The position numbers and the translations under genes are program-made. DNA of 64,000 nt, from contig NW_019217837.1 of the NCBI RefSeq assembly GCF_002571385.2, forward strand, positions 713,261-777,260, in the 5' to 3' direction. This document shows positions 47,365-59,515 of this stretch, one piece after another. This DNA is from Stylophora pistillata. Taxonomy: Eukaryota. Each line of letters starts with the position of its first letter. Position 1 is the first letter of the stretch. The notes under the pieces were generated by a model. That model searched no databases and was not told the DNA's origin. It was given only the letters and a program-made list of their open reading frames with translations.

Positions 47365-49902
47365 TATAAAAAAAATTTAGTTAACAGAATCATCGACTTG
47401 AGATTTGGCTGAAAGAGTTGGACCTGAGAAGATCATGTGTGCTGCAGAACGGCATGGTGTAGTTTCGCAATTTAGCCAATTCCGTTTCTTGTTTATTGTC
47501 TCTGTGCAGGATAAAGCCTACATGAACTGGAACTGAAAAAACCAAAGAATTTCAGAGTAAAAACTTTGCTTTTATCTTATCTAACACGCTTTCAATATTC
47601 CGATAAAAAAAGAAACAATGCTATAAATGAAAATACTTTTGGGCTTGCCAGCGAGAGTCACACGGAACCGAAAGTAAAGTGTTGAAGTTTCAGTTTACAA
47701 ATCGACGTGGATGCTCTGCATGAAGCAAAAGCGTGTAACAAAAAGACTGTTTCTAAGCAGGGGTCGAAACTTCCCTACCGTGGTTTTCGAAAGGAAAAAA
47801 CTTACTGGGAGCAAGAGAATAGAGGTTGCTGTGAGTAAGTAATTATTTACTAAACAGATTCAGCAGCCCACGCCGGCAGAAGCTTACAGATCAGTGTATT
47901 CCGTTTCAAACCAAATATTAAACTAGGGTGTTTTTTTTTCATGTTTTTAAAGAAAAAACGTAAACAGGGCATTGTGTCCATCTGAAAAACGAACTCATGC
48001 TTGTTTTTCTTGACTAAAATCCATTAAGCATGCTGCTAAAAGTAGACGAAGACTGATCACATTATGACTTCTACATGACCCAAGAGCACAAACCTTTGTC
48101 AGTGATTGATAACAAATATACTCCATCAACCGAAGAAGCCGGCATTCCTGATTCCAAAGTAAAAAAGTCGTATTGGTTATCGACACGATTCTAAACAGCT
48201 CGCGGTGACTGCGGCTCCTGAAATAAGACTGAGCTATCACAGGTGTACTTTGCGCCTGAATCAATATCCCAAGAGACTCAATCACGACCACATACTAACA
48301 TAACTGTGAACGCCCATGGAAGACGATATATCATCTTTTGTTTTTACCGAAAGTCCTAGAGCGAGACCTTTCCGCAGGCTTCAAATCTAAAACATTTTGT
48401 TCGCATTTTGATAGTGAAAATAGTTCTAACTTGGGGTATAGAAAAGTCATAGAGAGTCAATTTGAAGGTCTACTCCATTTATATTTCTAAATTGAAACTG
48501 TTGTTAATGGAAAAAGAGGAACTCCTAGGTTTCTACCTTTCTAAACGACAAGAGAACTGGAAATACATCTGATTTCCTTGGTTTGACAAGGTTCATTTGC
48601 AAATTATTGTGATTAGAGATGCCGACTGAATCACGAAAAAAGATAGAAAGAAAAAAAGAAGAAAAAAAATGAAAAATAGGACTCTTGCAAAAAGTCTCCA
48701 AATCATTTTGTTGGATAAAATCGATTATTATATTACTGAGTTAAATTTCTCTAGAATGTGTCGATTTTGCGCTAAAACACCTACTGCTGAATTTTATCCA
48801 AGTTTGCTGCTGATACAGCTTAGGGAAAAATTGTAAAGAAGTGTCATAAAATCAGCAGGAGATTGCTCAAGTATTCTGCCTCAAAGTTAGGATCACAGAT
48901 AATCTTAGCTTTGAGATTAATGCATATTTAAAGTTTTCGCTACCTCTATATTAGATTTATTTTAAACAGAATTAAAGCAAGAAATGATTGTTTACTTGTA
49001 CTTATAACAAGGGAATTAAATTGTATGCAGTTGACCTATGTTTCAGAGTTCAGTGAACAATGGTGAGGTAACGTCGTTTGTGCGATGGGCTATGAAGTGA
49101 TAAATCTTTATTTATAAGTTTTAATTAAAATCACCTACTGTCCCCGTAAATTAGACAAATTTTTGCATCGCATAACAAGGTCCATGGAAATCTGTACATT
49201 ACCCAAGGAATAAACAAACAAAGTACACAAATACGCGCTTTAATCCACAAAGATATTTGAAAAAGACTTCTTACCTCACAGCATTACTGATCTCGTTGGC
49301 AAAGAATACAATAAAGCGATCAGAAAGGATCCAACGCAAAGACAGAATCTATGTTTGTACAAACGTTGTTGTGTCTGTAAAGAACAATGTTTTCAAAGGG
49401 TGGAAAACACAGAAGTAAAGACAGTCGGCAATTATGTATAACACATTTAACATTTAGAAACAGGAACTAGCCAAAGTAGCAATTGTTACAGAGAAGTTGT
49501 TAATTATAGTTATCAAGAGTGGGTTATCTTTGAAATTCGCAAGTGGGTTATACATTTACATATCATAGCTTTCCGATTTACGCACAAAGATAAACATATC
49601 TTTCGCACTTTTAATATGCGGAAAATTCACTTTAACTGAGAAGTTTTTTAATTGCAGGTTAACCGATGATTGAAGGACAGCCAATCGAAACTTTTCAGTG
49701 GGTAGAAGTTGTTGAAGAGCGACATTAACCGCTCAATCAAAGAAGGCACTTTACAAGTATACCAATCCTGCATTTATTGCAATAATTTCACGGGTCAAAT
49801 CAGCTGGCTTGAACCCGAAAGCTAGTAAACCGCAACAACACAAACTGCCGCTAAATGGAGTGATTTTGTCTTCCTACAACTGCAAAACGTTATAATCTCA
49901 TC

Positions 49903-51591
49903 ATGGGCGAGAAGAATTTCACGAGCGCCCCTACTAATGCAAGTGGCAACTTTATCGAGCCATCTTACTTACGCTGGACACTTCGTTTGATATTTATCGT
50001 CGTGTTCATCGTAGGAATCATCGGTAACTCTGTGGTTTGTGTGGCTGTGATCCGTCGTAAGCGAATGCGGACGAGCAATAACATTTTTACATTCAATCTG
50101 GCTCTATGTGACTTACTAAACGTAGTGATCTTTTTACCGACCCAAATGGCAGCGTTTGAAAACAACCAGAACTGGGCTACAGGAAATTTCATGTGTCATT
50201 TTACCTACATACTGGTTCCGCTCTGTTTATCAGCTTCAATCGGGACACTCCTCGCCATAACAAGCGACCGGTACAGAGCAATTGCTTATCCGATGAAACC
50301 CAGATTAAGCGGTAGAAAAGTCAAAATCATCCTGGCTGTAATTTGGATCACCTCTTTTGTAATCTGTTCTCCACTTCTATATGTGGCTGGGATAGTAAGA
50401 CCTGGGCCTGGTAAAGTTTACTGCGATGAGACTTGGCCGGATCCTCTTTATTCCGAGCTCTACTGGAATTTCATTTTTGTGATTCAATACATCTTACCTC
50501 TGGCCATTATTGTAGTGTTAGCAGTGCTAATCGCGGTTAAGATTCGCAAGAACAACACAATGAAGATGCTTCCTAAAAGCTCTCAAGTGATAGCAGCTGC
50601 AGTCAGGCAGAGAATGAAACAGACTTCAAAGATAACCAACATGTTGGTCGCCCTTGTGATACTCTACGCAATCTGTATGCTTCCTCAACATGTTGTGTTC
50701 TTGTGGTCTAAATACGGTGACTTGTGGAACTCCAAGTACTTTGTATACGTTTTGCGATTTTCAAACGTTTTCCCAATGGCAAATAGCGCATTCAATCCTA
50801 TTGCGTACGGAACGCTAAATAAAGAGTTTAAGAACGTCTTTAAAAGTTTCTTTCACTGTGAGTACGGGCAAAAAACGGATGCGGGTGTTTATAAAATAAA
50901 TCCTAATGCAATGAACAAAATCCGCAGTGGTAAGTTCCGATTAGCGGTGTATAAACACACCAATGGCAATGGAAACGCTAGTGGTGATGGGAAGAGTGGG
51001 TGCCGAAAACCAGGTCCTATTTCCATTGAGTCTACGGCGACAAATAAAAAACTTCAAGGAAGAAGTGCGTCGGAGGATGATGGCAAAGAAATGAAAAAGA
51101 CACGCATTTCTAATGGTTATACCAGGACATTGCTCGAATGTGATCACAATTGGAATGAAAACAAAGACGAAAGACAAAATGTTTTTCAGAGAGAGACAAT
51201 AGTGGACCGTTCAAATATGTCACGTTCACGATCATCCCTAACTAACATGAAATGGAAAGAAGAAAGACAAATGCTGCTTGATAGCGCGATGGGATTTGAA
51301 ATTGACAGAAATGAACGCGTGTTTGTCAACGATTCCGATGAGAAAAACTTACAAACAGGCATGAAAATTGCTGCAGAGGAGAATACAACTCATTTTGATG
51401 CTAATGTGTGTGCGGGTAGTGTGTTCGACACGAAGAAACTGCATTTAAAGGAAAATCTAGAGACTCAGTTGCCCATATTGACACCTGATGACGTTGAGAA
51501 TGACTCATTTATGAACTGTTGGGTTGAAGTGAACAAAATAGACCAAAAACTTCTCTCTTACATAAGTTCTTTACAAGAAACTGATCTCTAG
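49903..51591 (+). CDS. Rhodopsin-class (class A) GPCR, neuropeptide-receptor-like, single coding exon, long C-tail
   Basis: TM1 GIIGNSVV, TM2 NLALCD, TM3 SDRY, TM4 W, ECL2 C-x-E-x-W, TM5 QYILP, TM6 CMLP, TM7 NSAFNPIAY. N-terminal N-glycosylation sequons. Confidence 0.95.
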   Translation: MGEKNFTSAPTNASGNFIEPSYLRWTLRLIFIVVFIVGIIGNSVVCVAVIRRKRMRTSNNIFTFNLALCDLLNVVIFLPTQMAAFENNQNWATGNFMCHFTYILVPLCLSASIGTLLAITSDRYRAIAYPMKPRLSGRKVKIILAVIWITSFVICSPLLYVAGIVRPGPGKVYCDETWPDPLYSELYWNFIFVIQYILPLAIIVVLAVLIAVKIRKNNTMKMLPKSSQVIAAAVRQRMKQTSKITNMLVALVILYAICMLPQHVVFLWSKYGDLWNSKYFVYVLRFSNVFPMANSAFNPIAYGTLNKEFKNVFKSFFHCEYGQKTDAGVYKINPNAMNKIRSGKFRLAVYKHTNGNGNASGDGKSGCRKPGPISIESTATNKKLQGRSASEDDGKEMKKTRISNGYTRTLLECDHNWNENKDERQNVFQRETIVDRSNMSRSRSSLTNMKWKEERQMLLDSAMGFEIDRNERVFVNDSDEKNLQTGMKIAAEENTTHFDANVCAGSVFDTKKLHLKENLETQLPILTPDDVENDSFMNCWVEVNKIDQKLLSYISSLQETDL

Positions 51592-53079
51592 AATTATTGA
51601 TCCAGACAAAATTTCATTTCTTTCCCAGTTTCATTTCGCTTATTAAATTGCAGTTCAAGTCTGCTCCTATAGAGGAAACTAATAACAGGTTTAGCCTTGT
51701 GTAAACAAAGAGTGCCAAATCCACGATACTATTGACTGAAAAATGCAAAGGTTCACTTTTGAATTGTAAATAAATTAAACTTTTTATAATCAAGCTGAAC
51801 ACAAAGCAACCCGCAAAAGGACCACGCGAATAGAAATGTTGCTCTGTTCAATTATTTGGATTAGTTTAACAAGGAATGCAAATTCAGATAAGAATTATGT
51901 CTCGGGAGTCCAGCATCCATCGAACACTGCTCTCTTTAAAAAGTTTGGCTCTGGTTTAAGTCTAATCAAATAATTACATGGCATTTGAGATTTCGTTTTC
52001 AAGTTGTTGTTCACCTATGTTTATGTGTGCTTTATAATTTAGTTATTATCTAACGTAAGTGACCAAGCGAGAAAGATTTTATGAAGACGCGTACTAAACA
52101 AAAGACGACTAGAGGGAACATCAGTCCAATTTGCAATAAATTTCATGGTTGAGAAAAGCGCTAACAAGAATCAAATTAGTTTGTTCAATGCACTAATGGG
52201 CGGTCTAAGAAAACTATTAATGAAATACCTTGTAGATAAGATTTCCTGTTCTAAAAATATCTAGAGTCCTGAGGAGGTTATAGGAGGACAAGGAATAGAA
52301 AACTTGCTTACAGCATGTTTTGAAAGCAAAGCTACATTAAACTGCTCGTAGTCATAGAGTCGTACAAACATAACACTAGCCATCATTTAAAAACAAAACA
52401 ACCAAATTAAAGATCCTTACTATTTGCGGAAGCATATTGCCATCAATTAAATGAAATTTTTCTTTGTCTTGACCCAATTGACCAAAAGCGACATAAGGGG
52501 CCGTTAAATTAAACGTCTCACAATCGATTCCTTTGGGGGTAATAAGGGTTCCCACAATATACGCAAGGCATTCTGGCTCCATCACTGAGTCGTTTATTTT
52601 GTCTGATAAAGGCCTTATGTGCCTTTGTCTAAGCTTTTTTATGTCCAATTATGCAATGTACTCTTCATAAATCCGTTTCAACTTGTTAAAATCTATTTCT
52701 AGTCACAGTGGTCCGAGAGATCTAAGTTGGTATGTGGTGATTAAATCGTTTGGTACAATTATTCATTTTTAATTATATTAAAGTTAAAACAAATTTCTTG
52801 GTGGTTTATTTAACCAAGGCTCGCCTGACTCAGAAAATGCGCGCATTTTCATCAGCAAAGTAGATATCTTAGGAACTACATCGTTGTTGTGGCTAACTGA
52901 TACTTACCTGGTTACGGTCGGTTGATTTTAAATGTTTAGTTTAGGACTATTCCTGACAAAAATTACACAGTTAGTAAAGGAAATTAAGGCCAACTAATGT
53001 GGGAAATAAAGAAAATGTAATTAAGAAATGTAAACATCTTTACAGAAGCTTGAGCCTCCTTCCGCTGTGCGTATGCTCG

Positions 53080-53172
53080 ATCTCTTATCCCCTTGTTGTG
53101 CGCGTACGCGATATTGAGTCCCTTGGTTTGCGCGCGTGCACGATATTGTATTCCTTTGTTGTGCGCACGCGC
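53080..53172. repeat. Three degenerate copies of a roughly 31-bp CG-rich unit
   Basis: CCCCTTGTTGTGCGCGTACGCGATATTG / TCCCTTGGTTTGCGCGCGTGCACGATATTG / TCCTTTGTTGTGCGCACGCG. Confidence 0.6.
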
Positions 53173-53784
53173 ATCTGACACTAAGATCAATCGACCTAGT
53201 AAGAAGTAAAGACTGAAGAAGCAAAACTGATTTGACGCATGCGTTTTTGAAATTCTTGTTCTTTACAAGCATAACAAGTTTCTTTCCAGTGACACTAAGG
53301 CGACGCAGAACCTGTGCAATGTTGAAAGACTCAGCGACCATTTTTTTGTGAGCGTTACACGTCTAAGGTTGCCTTTTATCATCGATAAAGAGAGTACTAA
53401 GCATCAGTCGTTGCTTTCACGAAGCGAATCATGTTAAAAAGGCCTTCTCCAATATCTTCCCAACTAGTATATATCCCTGATATTGCGATACAATATTCCT
53501 AGTTTCGTCTGGCATCTCTCTGAATTACAATATTTGTATGAAATAAAGATGGTATAAAATGAGAGAACAAATTCAAACACGATGATTACCGGTAAAAAAT
53601 ACCCACAATATTTACAGTTCACAAAATGTAATTCGCTTTGTATTATTACAGGACGAACAAAAGACAAATGACATGTCATGACTTAATCTATGCTTTTGTC
53701 GCGTCTTCCATTAAACACACGCACTCAGCAGATTCGTTCGGGTTCTGTCATGCCAATGGTTGCAATCATACTTGGTTCATTTTA

Positions 53785-56700
53785 TCAACTCCGCCGATGT
53801 GAGGTCGAACGTTTTCTCGATGTGGCACTGGGTTTATTACCGGGAGAATTGTTCCCCGTGGGACTGAGACTGCGATTTCCCGATGACTGCTTTCGTTTAA
53901 CACTTGGTTTAAGACTACCTCGACGCATGCTACGAGAACCTCTGCCGCTAACCTCTAGGGTGTCAGTGGGCGTGCGGCGTAAACTTTCTAGAATGAGGGC
54001 AAAATACTGTTACAAAATGTCACCTCTAAAATTTGTGGTCTCTTTCCAGAAAATGTCAACGGAGTGAAGTTGCCCCTTAATTACCGTATAAAGGAGAACC
54101 CAATACTAAAAACTTAATCTAAACTCCAGGCAGGGATTGAACACACATCCGGGACTAGATTTGCATCTTGAAATGAAGGAGAGTAACAACTTAAAGGTGG
54201 GCTCGATTTCCGCTGTTTGCTCGGATGAAAGGAGCGCGGGCTCATTTCTCGAACGGTGGTTGGAAGTCAAGCCTTTGTTAAGGTGGCTACAACTAAACTA
54301 TTTAAAATGGATGTGTGAAGGTAGTCATCATAATGCAAATTTATTGACATGTTTAAAGCGCCAAACCCTTACCGAGGAAATCCTTTGTTAGAACGTCCTC
54401 GTCATCAAGAAGAGGCGTGTACAGGGGAAATTCACGGCCCTCTATGTTTTCTACATAACAACACAAAACAAAACAAAAACAAATCAAAATTGAATCAAAA
54501 GTGGAGGCATTGGTTGGTGATACACGAACATGGCTTTATGAATTCCGGATCACAATAAAACTTTTCAAAAAAATTTAATATCTTGATTGGTTTGCATTTC
54601 GTTTCGAAGAAGCGGTGATGTAAAACGAAAAAAAGTAGCAAGTTTCTGTAGAACTTGAGCTGCATCAACATGAGACAGTTACCTACTTTCAACTCGCACG
54701 AGAATAAACGTTTCTCGTTCATTGAGGAATTCAATTCCGTTCGATGCTTGGTGATCTGTTAGATTCTTCACTGCCCCCTGCAGATCCGAGAGGTCAATGA
54801 CCGCTGTTTAATAACAACAAAAGTGCAGTGATTAGAAAAAATCCTTAAATCATCATTTATCGTCAAGGAAAAAGTCGTCATGTGAAGTCATAAACGAGGG
54901 CGTTTTGCAGTGACGTGAAAAAAGATTCTACAACCAACAAAAACACAAATGCGCAGTATTTGTACTCGACAACAAATAAGAAAAACATAACCACTTGATT
55001 GTCTTCCATAACATCAGCTGGGATTCCAGTCCCGCCCACCTAAAGGTGTAATGGTTCTCGGAGAACTCTACCGTCCGTCAAAGTCACCTATCCCTGACGT
55101 CTCCTTAACCCTTTCACTCCCAATGAATAAAGGCTGATAGTTTCGAAAGAAACTATTTGGGGCTGCGTCGGTGGGAGTAACGAAATAACTTGGATATATC
55201 AACAAAGTTGAAGTGGTAAATTGGCTACCGTAACGATTACAAAAGCTGACGTTTCGAGCGTTAGCCCTTCGTCGGAACGAATAGAGGAATTGTGGGTTGT
55301 GTGTGCTTTTAAAGGCAGAGAATGGAGCTACGTTATTGGTGGAACATGGCAACCCACAATTCCTCTATTCGCTCCGACGAAGGGCTAACGCTCGAAACGT
55401 CAGCTTTTGTAATCGTTACGGTGGCCAATTTACCACTTCAACTTTTTTGATGTATCCAAGTCCTTTCACCCCCAAGTTCCCATTAGTAATTCTCCTCCCT
55501 GTCTGCCATACAGTTCTCACTATGTTAGTTTGGAGAATTTGATATTGGATCAACTGATGATCCCCTTATTTGTATTTTTCTTTCTTCTCATCACTTGTCT
55601 GCTTGATATTGTATTAAAATTATAAAATTATAAGGGTAAATTCTGTCTTTACCATTGATGGGAGCGGAAAGGTTAAGTATATTGAGCGGAGAAACCGGAG
55701 AGGAGGGATGCCAAGAATTCTCCGACTTCCTTACCCTGCTCTCCATAAGCCCGCTATTGATCGGGAAATCGTTGTAGATTAATCATTAACGAATGTCCGT
55801 ATTTTTGCAGTTCTTTCACGCTTCCTACCCGAAATGATGTTCTTTCTTCCCAAACCCTATGCTCTTCCGTCCCCCATACCCATCCCGTTCCTAATTCTTC
55901 CCTTTCTCAATCTTACCTTGCTAAAAGTACCCTTTTATGTCGAAACGCACATAGCAGCGTCAGGCTGTCATTCTTGACAGTGCTCCCTTACAACAGGGGG
56001 GAGGGTAGGGGCGTTTAACCTGTGTTTACTGTATAAGTTCGTATATTTCCTTTGCTGATATGGCAATGTGAGCACGAAAAATAGTTTAATGGATGAAGTC
56101 TTTACCCAAACTAAACACAAACCATTCTCAGCACAGTTACATCGCCTCTTAATGTCTTCCAACAGGTGAATAATGCGGCAGTTTGGGTTAAACAGAGCCT
56201 CTCTGTGATCTAGAGGAGTAAAAAGAGTGACACAATTGTCAGTACAGGGCAATTTAATTAGCACCGGTTAGGTGGTAATGATTAGCTCCATAATCTACAT
56301 CATTAAAGCTTTACTAAGTATCGTATTTGTTCAATGTTTTCGTCAACAGAGTCACAGAGTTCTCGACCAATCAAGGTTAAAATTGAGTCTTGCTGGTTGA
56401 CACTAATTGTGGACGTTTGAGAAGCCAGTTGGAAAATCTGACTGAGAGCAGTCATTGCACATAAACCCTTTTTCACCTTCACAAATTACTAACAAACGGT
56501 GACAGTTACCAAATCTGGTTCATTTCGCAAAACGAAGATTAAAAAACTTAGTACTTAGACAACTGAACACAGTAAGTTTCATATGAGTTGCAACTCACTG
56601 CTCGGATTAATTTCAGAATCAAAAGAGCCAGGGATGCTCCATGAACAATCTGGCTCTCGGAAGAATCAAATCATCTGCAAGAACACGTTTAACATGTGTT

Positions 56701-57302
56701 TAAAATGGGAACAATCTATTGTGTGATGAGGTTTTAGTATTGAAAAAGAATTCCTTTCTGTATTTCATACTCATTAAGCGCCAATGTTATCGTTTGACAT
56801 CACTGCCTTACATCAAGAACCTTCTATACTCAAACTGAACAACATCCGATAGCTTCTTCGGTAGATTCAGTGAGGGCACGAAATAACTCGGACATCGAGC
56901 AAATTTCAGACGAGCAAAGGACTATAGGAAAACAATCAGTTAAATTGATCCGACTGAGCAAGGTCCACATCCGCCATAATCGCTTTAGTTATAATTAGAA
57001 AAATTACTTCTTTTTGTAGACTGAAATTTAATCAGGTTTAACTTAGTCTGTTAGGCGACAGTTGAGTAAAATAGGCCAGTAAATTAATCGAAGGACATAG
57101 AAATCTGTTCGGCACAAAAAAAAAATGGCCTGGTTACGTGAAGAGAGACTGCTCCAGGTGAAGCCACAGTGTTTAAGGGTTCTAAACACTGAGACAACTT
57201 GTCTCTCGCTCATATGATATGTCTTGATTTCGCACCAATTAACAACAGTGAGGGTGAGAGAGTCTTTAGAATCTTACCTCCATATTTTACAGTAATAAAC
57301 AT
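53785..57302 (-). CDS. CXorf65/C22orf15-like protein (169 aa)
   Basis: Exons 57302-57278, 56209-56123, 54803-54687, 54450-54373, 53987-53785 (510 nt, all phase 1). Translation MFITVKYGDHREALFNPNCRIIHLLEDIKRRC...VIDLSDLQGAVKNL...YTPLL matches the family pattern, followed by a basic Ser/Arg-rich tail. Confidence 0.85.
55124..55461. mobile_element. Penelope-like inverted pair with two hammerhead-like motifs, nested in a piggyBac-like MITE (55105-55676)
   Basis: About 110-bp inverted arms (about 55188-55300 and 55349-55461) around a roughly 50-nt spacer. TSD CCTTTCAC(T/C)CCCAA at 55110-55123 and 55462-55475. Confidence 0.75.
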
Positions 57303-58749
57303 TCCTTTTGTACTGAGTTATTCAATCAACTCTTGCCTCCGCGTTTGGACACCAAGGGCTGCGAGACGATCTATAACATTGTCTTGCTGTGCTTCTCGTG
57401 GTTAGGAAAGAATGCAACAGATAACAAATGCTAATTATTATTTAACAAATGCACGGCTTTCATTCAGGACCAAAGTAAACACTGAAATGTCTCCAGCTTG
57501 ACATCGATCAACGCAGAGTCGGAGAGTCAAAGGGAAACAGGGCTAATTTCTGAAGTTGATGTAAAAGCAGAGGCTGATGCAACCGAGTGATGAAACCACT
57601 TAACTGTTGATGACTCTAATCGTTTGTACATGTATCTATCCCTGAGGATAGTTTCTAATCTCGCACCTCATTGGCTGAGGCAGGATGTACAACTGGTACA
57701 TTTTGGCATATGTATGCTAACATTCGGCATCCCAGTTGAATAATGTGTAAGTACCAGTTCGTTAAGATTAATATCATCAATATTTGAATAGGTCAATTGT
57801 CATTGAGTCATTAGCCCAGTCCCTCAATGTTCCAACTCCTGCAACTTTGTCCGGTTAAGTCTGGGAAGAAACAAGAAACTGTTCTCGGTGTTGTCATGGT
57901 ACAGTAGTGGCCCCTTGTCTCAAAGCCCCAAGTTTGACCAGTGGACACTATTCCCTTTGTTTCAAAACTTCCAGTTTCTAGTCTTTTTTGAAGCAACGCA
58001 CTCCCTTCCCCACCAATACCGAATACTTCTGTTACCCGTTAAGCAGAAACGCCGTCTCTCAAGTCAAGTTCTTTCACTGGAAAACAAAGTTTATCTTTGA
58101 TAGCTTTTCCTGTCAGCTGTCAAACTAAAGCACTGTCACGGTCAAGACCTCTTTCAAATATTTGACAGTAGCGAAATAGTTTATCGTTTCAGTCAAACCC
58201 CTGACTTAAGGGATTAGCGCATCATAGAGGGGACTCTCAATTTTGACTATCGCGAACTTCCGAACAAATATTATCATATCTGTGGTGTTCCACCCAACAC
58301 GTTACCTGAACAGTTAATTCTTTTAATGATTGTCAAAAAAAAAAAAAAACTTCTTAATTTAAAACAGCTGTTTATGTTTTGTTTCCATGTCACATCGATG
58401 ACAGAGATCTAGATAACTACAACTACAACTCTATGAAGTTCTAAATACAATGTAAAAGACAAAAACGCACTGTAGTTTCATATATGGAAAAAAATTCCAA
58501 GGTAAGACATTCACATGACGGTCATTCCGCCGAGTTTTTATTACCCTGTGTAAGGCGGTTTTACTTTTCACTCGCTGAAGGAATAAAACCTGCTGCGTGA
58601 AATGATTCACACTAGATCTACTTTAACTAACAAACAATATTTAGTGTTCTGATTATTTTCTTTCAAACATGTGTACTATTACCATGGATTCTAGTCAATC
58701 TTTTTCGAATGGTACTCATTATAATGTCTTATGGGATTATTCACTCTTA

Positions 58750-59515
58750 AGCCTAGTTCCCACTAGCGACATAACGATCATAATCATAATCACGAACATA
58801 AACATAAGCTTCTTATGTTCTAGTGGGAACGGCCGCTCTAAAAACGTAAAGAACGTGTTGCGAATCTGGCCGCCATCTTGAAATGAACCGACCCGAAAGT
58901 ACTAGACCTAGACTTTAATTGGCCAAAACACAATAATCCCGTTGCGCCAATATGTTTCTCATTGTGTCGTTATGATTTTCGCGTTCCTACTACCAAAAGA
59001 AAAGCAACATAGTCATAGTCAGAGACATAATCATAATCATAAGAAAATGGTCGATCATTTTCTTACGATTATGTTGATCATAAGGACGCCTATGATTATA
59101 TTTCTGGACGTTCCCACCAAGGCATAAGTGGAGGCGCGGTGGTTAGTGCGACCACTCATGGTTAGTGCGCTCGACTCCGGATCGAGTGGTCCGGGTTCGA
59201 GCCCTGGTCGGGACATTGTGTTGTGTTCTTAGGCAAGACACTTTACTCTCACAGTGCCTCTCTTCACCCAGGTGTATAAATGGGTACTGGCAATTTAATG
59301 CTGGGGGTAGCCCTGCGGTGGACTGGCATCCCATCCAGGGGGGAGTAGAAATACGCCTAGTCGCTTCATGCTACAGAAACCGGAGTTAAGCACTGGCCTA
59401 ATGGGCCACTAGGCTCGTAAACAGACTTTACCTTACCACTAAGGCATAAGCAACATAACAGCGTTATGTTCGTGCTTATAAAAATGATCATTATATCGCT
59501 AGTGGGAACTAGGCT
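58750..59515. mobile_element. PIF/Harbinger-like MITE
   Basis: TIRs AGCCTAGTTCCCACTAGCGA / TCGCTAGTGGGAACTAGGCT with TTA TSD (58747-58749, 59516-59518). Confidence 0.8.
59129..59435 (+). mobile_element. Full-length tRNA-derived SINE nested in the Harbinger-like MITE
   Basis: Head TGGAGGCGCGGTGG...GGGTTCGAGCCC, (TTTACC)-like tail, 15-bp TSD CCAC(C/T)AAGGCATAAG at 59114-59128 and 59436-59450. Confidence 0.85.

Noticed and set aside
47049-47369. Near-identical ORFs on both strands (MATVTITKADVSS...; similar ones at 55068-55542)
   Set aside because: Translations of the palindromic Penelope-like repeat, not genes.
53690-54067. 125-aa plus-strand ORF
   Set aside because: Antisense to the last exon of the CXorf65-like gene.
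57811-58080. Exon-like minus-strand stretch (61-aa ORF with upstream acceptor)
   Set aside because: Interrupted by a stop, no recognisable motif, and cannot be joined to neighbouring genes.
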